Positions 1-8,275 of a DNA stretch of 64,000 nt are shown here, in pieces. A program made the position numbers and the translations under genes. The stretch comes from an uncultured Pseudomonadota bacterium (GTDB taxonomy: Bacteria; Pseudomonadota; Alphaproteobacteria; JACZXZ01), in assembly GCA_963749075.1 (NCBI GenBank), contig CAVVLJ010000021.1:512001-576000 (forward strand). The letters are read 5' to 3'. The notes beneath the pieces are model-generated. The model saw only the letters and a program-made list of their open reading frames with translations. It ran no database searches and had not been told where the DNA came from. Position 1 is the stretch's first letter, and every line of letters starts with the position of its first letter.

Positions 1-588
1 AGGCGCGTCTGGCGCGGCATGATCGGCGACCTCTCCCAGCGCGAGGACGAGCTCGGCGGCAAGACGCTCGTCCTCGTCGGGCTCGGGCACATCGGAGGAC
101 GCCTGGCCGAGCTCGCCAAGGCCTTCGACATGCGCGTCATCGGCATCCGCCGCAATCCCGCGGCCGGCAGCGGCGGCGCCGACGAGGTGCACGGCACGGC
201 CGAGCTCAAGAGGCTCCTCCCGGAGGCCGACTTCGTGGCGCTCACCTGCGCGCTCACCAAGGAGACGGAGAAGCTGATCGACGCCGAGGCGCTCGCGCGC
301 ATGAAGCCCTCGGCCTTTCTCGTCAACGTGGCGCGCGGGCGCTGCGTCGACGAGCCGGCGCTCGTGAAGGCGCTTCAGGAGCGCCGCATCGCGGGCGCCG
401 GCATCGACGTGACGGTGGAGGAGCCGCTCCCCCCCGCCTCGCCGCTCTGGGGCCTCGAGAACGCCTTCATCACGCCGCACACCGCCGGCGAAACGCGGCG
501 CTACGAGGACAACGTCCTCGATCTCCTCATGGAGAACCTGGGCCGGTTGTGGCGCGGCGAGACGAGCTTGCGTAATCAGATCGTCTAG
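1..588 (+). CDS. D-2-hydroxyacid dehydrogenase (C-terminal part; gene starts before the window)
   Basis: GLGHIG Rossmann motif, LVNVARG, DV..EP and TPHTAG motifs; frame is open to the window edge. Confidence 0.9.
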   Translation, partial: RRVWRGMIGDLSQREDELGGKTLVLVGLGHIGGRLAELAKAFDMRVIGIRRNPAAGSGGADEVHGTAELKRLLPEADFVALTCALTKETEKLIDAEALARMKPSAFLVNVARGRCVDEPALVKALQERRIAGAGIDVTVEEPLPPASPLWGLENAFITPHTAGETRRYEDNVLDLLMENLGRLWRGETSLRNQIV

Positions 589-704
589 GGCCCGAAGCTC
601 TCCAGCAGGTCGCGCCACGGCGCGCCCGATCGCAAGAGCCAAAGGGCGCCGTTGAGAATGCGCCTGTCATCCACACGGGGAATACCGCGTGGCTTGTTTG
701 GCAG

Positions 705-891
705 CTTCGGCTTGATGGCACGCCAGTTATAGTCGGCGGGTTCGTGCCGCATGAGTCGATGCTCCTCCTTGGGAGCTTGAATCGCGGCCGGTGCGAAGCG
801 ATCAACAGCGAACCAGCATCTCCGAAGTCACCCGCTAACCGGACATGAGGCGGACATTGGCGAATCGACGCGAATGACCCCAATGAGACAT
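705..891 (+). repeat. Cassette-boundary element 1 (TGGCAC site ... middle site ... TGACCC site), longer and more degenerate than the others
   Basis: cttcggcttga-TGGCAC at 705-721; middle site with right arm ctaaccggaca at ~818-845; atcgacgcgaa-TGACCC-caatgagacat at 864-891. Confidence 0.6.
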
Positions 892-1017
892 TAGGCCGCA
901 CACGCTATCCGTACCCAAATAGACGGCTTCAAAACTCTTCAGATGTGCTAATTTTCGATTTGGTCGGGGTTTTGTCCTGACCTGAGAACAAACAATTTGT
1001 TGCAATGGAGGTTCCAA

Positions 1018-1305
1018 ATGCCCGTCGTCGTCGTTGTTCATCGTCTCAAAAATTTTGATGAGTGGATTAAGATATTCAAGGCCGACCCCCCACCAAAAAT
1101 TGGCCGTTGGCGACTGTTACGCGGAAGCGACGATCGCAACCGAGTTCACGTTGTCGGGGACGTGGCAGCGTCGGAAGTTGAGGCCGTTAAGGATTTTCTT
1201 GGGTCGCAACACATGCAAAATGTGTTTAAGCGTGTTAACGCAATGTCGACGGCGCCGCTCGAATTCATCTGGCTCGAAGAGCTAGGGTCTGGACTCACAA
1301 TTTGA
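1018..1305 (+). CDS. Small hypothetical protein (possible dimeric alpha-beta barrel/cyclase-like); last codons replaced by IS sequence
   Basis: GGAGG RBS before ATG 1018; VVHRLKNFDEW...GSDDRNRV pattern; AT-richer than host genes; IS inserted at CTAG 1282-1285. Confidence 0.6.
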   Translation: MPVVVVVHRLKNFDEWIKIFKADPPPKIGRWRLLRGSDDRNRVHVVGDVAASEVEAVKDFLGSQHMQNVFKRVNAMSTAPLEFIWLEELGSGLTI

Positions 1306-2107
1306 TCCAGTAGAGTGCGCCGACGAGGGCTGCGGCGGCAAGGAAGTTTCTGGCCAGCTTGTCGTATCGGGTTGCGATGCGCCGCCAATCCTTGATGCGG
1401 CAGAAGTAATTTTCGATCTTGTGCCGCCTGCGATAGATGCGCTTGGGACAATAGGCTTTCTTGGTGGCATTGCTGCGGCTGGGGATGACGGGCAAGGCAC
1501 CTTCGTCCCTGATCTGCTGGCGGACCTTTTGGCTGTCATAAGCCTTGTCGGCCGCGACGGCGAGGGGCGGCTTGGGCGTGTCCAGTACCGCTTCGACGAC
1601 TTGGCTGTCATGGACCTGTGCGCCCGTGACGATGAAGTTCAGCGGGCGGCCTTTGCCGTCGACGACCGCATGGATCTTCGTGCTGCGCCCGCCCCGGCTA
1701 ATACCGATCGCCTGATTTTTCTCCCCCCTTTTGCGCCGCTCGCCGCGCGATGCGCTTTCACGATGGTGCTGTCGATCAGATAGAGGCTATCGTGCGATGT
1801 CGCGGCCAGCGCGTCGAAAATCCGCTTCCAGATGCCGCGGCGAGACCAGCGGTTGAAGCGATTGTAGACCGTCGTGTAAGGCCCATAGCGCTCCGGCAAA
1901 TCTCGCCACGGCATGCCGGTGCGCAGCACGTAGAAGATGCCATTCATGATCCGGCGATCATCCTCTCGCGCCTTCTTGCGAAGGCCCGGCATCAACGGCT
2001 CCAGCACAGCCCATTCCTCGTCGCTCAAATCAAACCGCATGATCCACCTCCAACCACGGTGAATCACATTCGGACAACTTTTTCAAGACATTATGCGGGT
2101 ACAGACC
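1286..2107 (-). mobile_element. IS5-family insertion sequence (IS427-like group), about 822 bp, CTAG target duplication
   Basis: Imperfect terminal inverted repeats GGTCTGGACTCA (1286) and revcomp GGTCTGTACCCG (ending 2107); CTAG at 1282-1285 and 2108-2111; two-ORF transposase. Confidence 0.9.
1295..2040 (-). CDS. IS5-family transposase, orfA/orfB joined by a probable -1 programmed frameshift
   Basis: orfA MRFDLSDEEW...LRTGMPWRDLPERYGPYTTVYNRFNRW...IDSTIVKAH; orfB ...SRGGRSTKIHA...ADKAYDS...IENYFCRIKDWRRIATRYDK; slippery AAAAGGGGGG at 1732-1723. Confidence 0.88.
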
Positions 2108-2238
2108 CTAGCACTCTAGTTAGCTAGCGATACGAGGGGCATTATCTGCCCCGTATCACGCCGACGTGGACGGTAAGTTCACGCCGCGCGGCAGCGTTTA
2201 GACCTGGATAGAACGCGCGCAGAGGTGCCAGCAAGTCG

Positions 2239-2357
2239 ATGTTGCTTCTTGGCACCTTGCGGCGGTGCCGGCAGCATGCGGGCGCTTCCGGAGCTGAAGG
2301 AATAGCTGCCGCGCCACTGACATGGGCGGATGACTCAGGCTGACCCGAAGGCGACAT
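2239..2357 (+). repeat. Cassette-boundary element 2 (three sub-sites, cores at 2250, 2295, 2341)
   Basis: atgttgcttct-TGGCAC-cttgcggcggt ... TGAAGG ... atgactcaggc-TGACCC-gaaggcgacat; closely similar to 4191-4309 and 5447-5562. Confidence 0.85.
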
Positions 2358-2656
2358 TCAGTACTGCTGTCAATGGTACGTAACCAGAGGGGAAAGCCTA
2401 GTAGGTACTCACCGGGTTTAGCCCCGCGCCCCTCTATTCAATCAAGATCGGCGCAAGCTGCTTCCCTGGCTTGAGAGCCGCGGCGCGTGTCATGGCAGGG
2501 CAGAATAAGGCGCGCGATAGATGAAGCAGAGTAGTCCGCGCAATGGCCTGTTGCTTCCGCACGTCGCAAGGCGTATCAACCCAAATGGCTCCAATCGCCG
2601 CTGGATGAAACTTCAGTGGCATGTCAACTTGATCAGACAAATCAGCGTCAGGGAAG

Positions 2657-2881
2657 ATGATCGCCAGCGACGATAAGAAGGTTAAAACTAACCCCGCTCA
2701 AAAAAATGAGGCCCCTCCGAAGAGCAAGGGCACTTCAGGTGTAGACCTATCCAAGGCTAAGGGCGGCGAGATAGCTGCCGACTTACCCTCCGGCTATAGC
2801 AGGGGCGAGAGCCAGAAACCGGTTTCCCAAGCTTATAAAGATAACTGGAACGTGATTTTCGCGAAGAAAAGAAAGCGATAA
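2657..2881 (+). CDS. Small Lys-rich hypothetical protein
   Basis: 74-aa ORF after AGGGAAG; C-terminus YSRGESQKPVSQAYKDNWNVIFAKK looks protein-like; lies between two boundary elements. Confidence 0.55.
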   Translation: MIASDDKKVKTNPAQKNEAPPKSKGTSGVDLSKAKGGEIAADLPSGYSRGESQKPVSQAYKDNWNVIFAKKRKR

Positions 2882-2927
2882 TTCGCGTAATGGAGCAGGT
2901 GTAGCCGGTGTAGCAGTAGCTCGGCGC

Positions 2928-3047
2928 AGTCAAGCGCTCGGCCGCTTCTCCTCGTTCGCTGCGATGCATCAACACGGCCGCTATCGAAGGGTAACCCGAC
3001 GGTCTGCGTAAATTGCGGCACCGCGGCCCATGACCCAAAGCAGATAT
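2928..3047 (+). repeat. Cassette-boundary element 3 (divergent sequence, same spacing)
   Basis: Cores CGGCCG (2939), CGAAGG (2985) and TGACCC (3031) followed by aaagcagatat; 46/46-bp spacing versus 45/46 in elements 2 and 4. Confidence 0.65.
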
Positions 3048-3220
3048 TCTCCATCATGGCCCATATCTGAGTCAGCGCTGCCCAGGCCCGCGCTGGCGAC
3101 AGGTTCAGTTGGAATTTCTAAGGCGGCGCGGTGCGGATCAGCTCTCGCCAGCGCCGGTCTCGCGCGAAACATGCTCCGTCTGGACTACGCGGTACTGTAG
3201 GTCGATTTGCTCTGCTCGAG

Positions 3221-3703
3221 CTAACGCGGACCGACCTGCAACGGCGCAGGCAAGCTATCGGGGAGCTTGCCCAGCATCTGCAACGCCGCTTGCATACCGA
3301 TGATGTAGCCGTAATTCCCAAGTCCGCAGATGACCGCTCTAACGGCCGACGACAGTTTGGAATGCCGGTGCAGCTCATCGCGTGCGTGAATGTTCGATAT
3401 GTGGACCTCAATGATAGGACCTTCAAAAATCTTGAAGGCATCCAGCATCGCGATTGAGGTGAAAGAATATCCCGCTGGGTTGATGATGATCGCATCGGCG
3501 TCCTGGCGTGCAGATTGAATCAGGTCGACTAATACGCCCTCGTGGTTCGACTGATGAAACGCCAGGCGAGCGCCGGCGAATTTGGCGAATTCCTCGCAGC
3601 TTGCCTTGACGGTCTCGAGTGTCGTCCTGCCGTAAATGTCCGGCTCGCGGGTGCCAAGAAGGTTGAGGTTAGGCCCATTCAGAACCATCAGGCGTGCGGT
3701 CAT
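3221..3703 (-). CDS. aroQ: Type II 3-dehydroquinate dehydratase
   Basis: LNGPNLNLLGTREPDIYG, QSNHEG, IINPAGYS and EVHISNIHAR motifs. Confidence 0.93.
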   Translation of the reverse strand: MTARLMVLNGPNLNLLGTREPDIYGRTTLETVKASCEEFAKFAGARLAFHQSNHEGVLVDLIQSARQDADAIIINPAGYSFTSIAMLDAFKIFEGPIIEVHISNIHARDELHRHSKLSSAVRAVICGLGNYGYIIGMQAALQMLGKLPDSLPAPLQVGPR

Positions 3704-3751
3704 GGCTTTTCCTTTCGGGCCTTCAGTTTCTGGATTGTGAGACGGTCTAGC

Positions 3752-4072
3752 TTATTTTCCGTCATGGAACAGCGTCGCGAGCGCCTCGGTGGTCCGCACA
3801 AGGATGCCCGCGTCGACACCAACGGCCGTAAAGGTCGTGCCAAGTTCGATGCAACGAGCCGCAAATGCGGCGGCGGGTGTCAAGATGCCAGCGGGCTTGC
3901 CGCACGTGCGAATTCGCCTGATGGCATCTTCGATGATCATCTTGACCTTCGGATGGCCAGGTTCGCCAACGTGGCCGAGGCTCGCCGCCAGATCGGTCGG
4001 GCCGATGAACACACCATTGACACCGTCGATTGACGCAATCTGCTCCAGGCGATCGAGCGCCTCAGCTACTGA
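3752..4072 (-). pseudogene. 5'-truncated HpcH/HpaI (HpaI/GarL-type) aldolase fragment
   Basis: EALDRLEQIASIDGVNGVFIGPTDLAASLGHVG..HP...GKPAGIL is the C-terminal half only; in-frame TGA immediately upstream. Confidence 0.8.
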
Positions 4073-4190
4073 CGATCACCGCCCGATGATAGCACTCCGA
4101 AGGTACTCGAAGCCTCGATATCTTGCGCGCTGGCACGCCGAGGGTGCGACTTTCCATATCGGAATGACTGTCTGCCGGCGCCTATCGTGA

Positions 4191-4309
4191 AAGTCTGTTC
4201 GTGGCACCTTGCGGCGGTGCCGGCAGCGTGCGGGCGTGTCCGGGGTTGAAGGAATAACTGCCGCGCCGCCGACGTGGGCGCATGGCCCAGGATGACCCGA
4301 ACCAGACAG
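4191..4309 (+). repeat. Cassette-boundary element 4 (cores at 4202, 4247, 4293)
   Basis: aagtctgttcg-TGGCAC-cttgcggcggt ... gtgtccggggt-TGAAGG ... atggcccagga-TGACCC-gaaccagacag. Confidence 0.88.
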
Positions 4310-4462
4310 CCGCGATGATCCAGACCCGCACCGGCATCGTGGGTGCTTGCCCGACGTATCGAAACGGGGCAGATTTCCGTCCGGGCCAGAGAGCATCTGG
4401 GGCATGTAGGTCGCAAGGGGCCTCCGAGAGGATAGGTTTGGCCGAACGCACAGGAGCGAGCC

Positions 4463-4942
4463 ATGAGACAGGCAGGAAGAATTGCGGCGACGGCTGTTGG
4501 CGTCTTGCTCGCGCTGACTGCGGCGGCGCTACCGGCACGGGCTCAAGTCCCATGCTCGACCGTTTGCAGTAGGTACGATCAAGGTCAATGCGTTCAGTAC
4601 ACGCACTACGGCTGCGAGGGCGCGGCCCCGTCCGCCCCCGCCAACAGCTACGGCGCTATTGCCTTCGGCTCCAAGAGCAGGGCCTGGGGCGTGTCCTATC
4701 ATTGGGGCAGCGAGGCGAAAGCGGAGAGCGTTGCCATGCAAAGCTGCAAGCAGCACGGCGACGATTGCGAAGTGATGGTGTGGTTCGACCGCAAATGCGG
4801 AGCGGTGGTGGCGGCCGACGGTGCCGCCGCCTTTTGGGGGCTTGGCGACAGCGAAGCCGAGGCGCGCGCGGACGCCCAAACCAAATGCGAGCAAGGCGGC
4901 GGCAAGGGTTGCAAGGTGTGGGCTTATCAGTGTTCGAAGTGA
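4463..4942 (+). CDS. Secreted Cys-rich DUF4189-like protein
   Basis: AGGAG RBS; signal peptide; YGAIAF...AWGVSY...AESVAMQSC....C.VMVWF..CGA pattern. Confidence 0.75.
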   Translation: MRQAGRIAATAVGVLLALTAAALPARAQVPCSTVCSRYDQGQCVQYTHYGCEGAAPSAPANSYGAIAFGSKSRAWGVSYHWGSEAKAESVAMQSCKQHGDDCEVMVWFDRKCGAVVAADGAAAFWGLGDSEAEARADAQTKCEQGGGKGCKVWAYQCSK

Positions 4943-4968
4943 GGGTTTGGAAGTCTGACCGCGGGCGA

Positions 4969-5322
4969 GTGAGGGTGCCTCTCATCGTCAGCCTCCTCCT
5001 AATTTTCCTTCGTCCCGCAATCGCCGACTGTGTGACCGGCGAACATTTCGCCTGTGTGACGCTGGATGGATTTGACGAGGTGGCAGCGGCGCTGAAAGCG
5101 GGCAATCCAAACGTCATTCACACGCCGGGTTGCGATTATACGGAGCCGGGTCACAAAGTCGAAGTAATAGGACCGATGGCCGCTCTCGCCGAACCCATTG
5201 CCATATTCTATGGCGATTCGGCAGTCACCAGAGCGAGCGGCGTGCCCGATGTATTTCGATCATTGGCGCAGTCAGGATGGATCCACGTCTGGACGATCAA
5301 GGAGAACGTTGTATGCAATTGA
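4969..5322 (+). CDS. Hypothetical secreted protein
   Basis: GTG start, hydrophobic signal (VPLIVSLLLIFLRPAIA), four Cys; directly follows the DUF4189-like gene. Confidence 0.5.
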   Translation: MRVPLIVSLLLIFLRPAIADCVTGEHFACVTLDGFDEVAAALKAGNPNVIHTPGCDYTEPGHKVEVIGPMAALAEPIAIFYGDSAVTRASGVPDVFRSLAQSGWIHVWTIKENVVCN

Positions 5323-5446
5323 AGCACTATCCCTCTTTCGGCGGGGTTGCCGCGCTGTCGCTCTCTGGCTTAGTCACGATTTCTCTTGTTGCGTGCATGG
5401 GTTGCCTTCGATCGTTCAGATGAAGTCCGGTGTGCGGTCCGGCGCG

Positions 5447-5562
5447 ATGTCTGCTTATGGCACCTTGCGGCGGTGCCGGCAGCGTGCAGGCGTGTCCGGG
5501 GTTGAAGGAATAGCTGCCGCGCCGCTGACGTGGTCGGATGGCCCAGGATCTCGAGCGGACGC
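5447..5562 (+). repeat. Cassette-boundary element 5 (third core degenerate)
   Basis: atgtctgctta-TGGCAC-cttgcggcggt; body nearly identical to element 4; right end reads ggatctcgagcggacg instead of ggaTGACCCgaagcggaca. Confidence 0.82.
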
Positions 5563-5755
5563 CGGCATTCGTGCATCGTTTAGCGCGTGTACCTTCCTCG
5601 AAATTCATACGACGGCGCAATCGCCGCTTGCCGCACGGGCGTCGACACCATAACGAGCCGAACCGCGGGCCTGTTCAGGGCAAAGCGTTGCTCGCGACCG
5701 TGGTGCCGATGGCCTGAATCGGCAGCCCGCAAGACCGATCGTCGTGCCTCTTGAT

Positions 5756-6256
5756 CTATTTTGCGGCCCCGAAGAACTGATAGGTCGCGGAGTAGCGCAT
5801 TCGGGCCTGCTCGCCCAAGTGGCTTGCGTCGCAGCCGGTTGCAGGTGCCGCACCCCCCTTGGTGTCGGCCCGGCGGATCGTCGTGACCGCGGCGAGGCTC
5901 CCCGAACCCTCGTGGGTCTTGACCTCGAGGAGGAGCCAGGGAACAGCGCCAGGTTGAGGCGCCTCCGCCTTCGCGAAGATCGCGCCGGTGACCTCGGAGC
6001 CGTCGGCGAGCTTCCAGCCGGGGCCCGCGAAGTGGGTTCCGATCTGCCTTCCCTTAGCGTCGAAGAGATTGGCCTCGGGCGCCTTGAATACCCACTCCGG
6101 TCCCTTGTCCTTGGCCTCGCAGGAATAGATCTGAACTCCATCGGCCTCAGCCTCGGCCAGGAGCGGCGCACCCGCTGGCGGGGCCACCGCGGCCTGGCCG
6201 GCGAGCGCGGGCACTGTGCAGAGGATGAGCAAGGCGCCGGCGACACGAATGATCAT
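5756..6256 (-). CDS. DUF3455-family secreted protein
   Basis: Signal peptide; GVQIYSC...W.FKAPEA.L...GTHFAGP.W...AVPWLLL...DTKGG.AP...YSATY. Confidence 0.8.
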   Translation of the reverse strand: MIIRVAGALLILCTVPALAGQAAVAPPAGAPLLAEAEADGVQIYSCEAKDKGPEWVFKAPEANLFDAKGRQIGTHFAGPGWKLADGSEVTGAIFAKAEAPQPGAVPWLLLEVKTHEGSGSLAAVTTIRRADTKGGAAPATGCDASHLGEQARMRYSATYQFFGAAK

Positions 6257-6432
6257 GGCATTCTCTTCCCCGCGACCGCCCCGGGCGATCGCCGTCGTGG
6301 TTGCAGTTCCGGTCAATGCGTCATACCGGACGTTGACGAGCCGCTGCCGACCAACCTCGATTTATCAGTTCTCGCCCTAGCCTCCTCGTATCGTCTCCGG
6401 GTGCCTTGAGGCCGCCGCCGCCCCGCGCCGCC

Positions 6433-7257
6433 TCAATGCCCCTGCAGCACCAGCACCTCCGGCCTGCCGCGCGGCAGGGTGTCGCGCGAGACTTCGGCCG
6501 TGGCGCTCTCGCTGATCACGATGCTGTGCGTCTCGCGCATGCGCTCGAGGAAGCGCTCGAGCGTCGCCTCTGTGAAGAAGTGCATGGGGATGACGAGCGG
6601 GGCCGCGATCTCGCGCACCACCTCGATCATGTCGGGCTGGCTCATGGTATAGACGCCGTCCACGGGAACGAGGAGCACGTCGATCTGGCCGAGCTCGCTC
6701 AGATGCACGTCGGTCAGCGTATGGTGCAAATGGCCGAGGTGCGCCACGCAGAGATTGGCCGTCTCGAAGACGAAGATCGAGTTGCCGTTAAATCGCGTGC
6801 CGCCCTCGTCGCGCACGTTGGTCGGCACGTTGCGCACGCGCATGTCCTTGTAGAGGATGTTGTAGCGCGCGAGGCGGCCCGGCTCGTCCCAGCCGCGCAG
6901 CACGTATTTGATCTCGGGCTCGGGCGTGTCCGTATAGTGCATGGAATGCGCGTTGTTCATGGTCACGATGTCGGGAATATGCGGCGGCTTTATGATGCCG
7001 TTGTAGTCGGTCACCGCCGTCACGCCTTCGGGCGATTCGATGAGGAAGCTCGCGTGGCCGAGGTAGGTGAGCGAGACCGTGCCGGGTGCCAAGGCGAGCC
7101 GCGGGGCGACGCTCGCCGGCTGGAGGAGCCCGTGGCTCCCTTCGGCGATCGGCAGGCAGGCGGCCGCCGCGAGCGCCGGGAGTGCGAGGAGGGCGGCGAG
7201 CGCCAGCGCCGCAGCCTTAAGCCGAGGTGGCGCGCCCGAAGGCAGAGCCGGGACCAT
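6433..7257 (-). CDS. MBL-fold metallo-hydrolase
   Basis: YLGHASFLI, MNNAHSMH, HLGHLHH, PVDG.YTM and IPMHF motifs. Confidence 0.85.
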   Translation of the reverse strand: MVPALPSGAPPRLKAAALALAALLALPALAAAACLPIAEGSHGLLQPASVAPRLALAPGTVSLTYLGHASFLIESPEGVTAVTDYNGIIKPPHIPDIVTMNNAHSMHYTDTPEPEIKYVLRGWDEPGRLARYNILYKDMRVRNVPTNVRDEGGTRFNGNSIFVFETANLCVAHLGHLHHTLTDVHLSELGQIDVLLVPVDGVYTMSQPDMIEVVREIAAPLVIPMHFFTEATLERFLERMRETHSIVISESATAEVSRDTLPRGRPEVLVLQGH

Positions 7258-7396
7258 GACCGTCTCTCCAATCTGCAGGCACCGCCATCATAGCACGGCT
7301 GCGCCGACCTGCGAGCAATTCCCCTGTCAATCCCCGCTGCCGGCGATAAGCTCGAGGCCGGCGCGGGAAGGGCCGCGCAAGCGGAAGGAGTAGGCC

Positions 7397-8257
7397 ATGT
7401 CTGCGGTATCGAAGTTCCGCGCGCTCCTCGACGGGCCCGGCATCGTGGTGGCACCCGGCGTCTACGACGGCCTCTCGGCCAAGCTCGTCGAGCGCGCCGG
7501 CTTTGCCGCCGTCTATGCAAGCGGCGGCGCCATCGCGCGCAGCACGGGCGTTCCCGACCTCGGCCTCCTCGGCGCCGCCGAGATGGCGGCGCGCATCGCC
7601 GAGATCGCCGCGGCCACGCGGCTTCCCGTCATCGCCGACGCGGACACCGGCTACGGCAACGCGCTCAACGTGCAGCGCACGGTGCGCCAATACGCGCGCG
7701 CCGGGGCCGCCGCCCTCCATCTCGAGGATCAGCTCTTTCCCAAGCGCTGCGGCCATTACGAGGACAAGGCGCTGGAGCCGGCCGAGACCATGGTGCAGAA
7801 GATCCGCGCCGCGCGCGAGGCGGCCCAAGAGTCGGGCCTCGTCATCATCGCGCGCACCGACGCCATCGCGGTCGAGGGGCTCGAGGCGGCCCTCGCGCGC
7901 GCCCGCCGCTATGGCGAGGCGGGAGCCGACGTGCTCTTCGTCGAGGCGCCGCGCTCGCTCGCGGAGATCGGGCAAATCGCGGCGGCACTGCCGCAGCTCA
8001 AGCTCATCAACATGTTCCAGGGCGGCAAGACGCCGCTCGTCCCGATCGAGCGCTTGCACGAGCTCGGCTACAAGATCGTCATCATCCCCTCGGACCTGCA
8101 GCGCGCCGCCATCCATGCCATCGAGGAGACGCTCGCCGCGATCAAGACGCAGGGCAGCAGTGCTGCCGTGGCGGAGCGCCTCGCCTCCTTCGCGGCGCGC
8201 GAGGCGCTCGTCGGCCTCGGCGACTATGTGGCGCTCGAGAAACGCTTCGCCGGCTGA
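7397..8257 (+). CDS. Isocitrate lyase/PEP mutase family protein (PrpB-like)
   Basis: APGVYDGLSA, IADADTGYG, LEDQLFPKRCGH and IARTDA motifs. Confidence 0.9.
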   Translation: MSAVSKFRALLDGPGIVVAPGVYDGLSAKLVERAGFAAVYASGGAIARSTGVPDLGLLGAAEMAARIAEIAAATRLPVIADADTGYGNALNVQRTVRQYARAGAAALHLEDQLFPKRCGHYEDKALEPAETMVQKIRAAREAAQESGLVIIARTDAIAVEGLEAALARARRYGEAGADVLFVEAPRSLAEIGQIAAALPQLKLINMFQGGKTPLVPIERLHELGYKIVIIPSDLQRAAIHAIEETLAAIKTQGSSAAVAERLASFAAREALVGLGDYVALEKRFAG

Positions 8258-8275
8258 GCGCCGGGGGCTTGCGCG

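Noticed and set aside
2434-2640. 68-aa minus-strand ORF between elements 2 and 3
   Set aside because: No recognisable motif or RBS; cannot be supported as a gene.
2239-5562. CRISPR array or classical attC array interpretation of the repeats
   Set aside because: The repeats are ~120 bp and separated by 0.6-1.3 kb of genes; there are no cas genes, no intI, and no RYYYAAC/GTTRRRY boxes.
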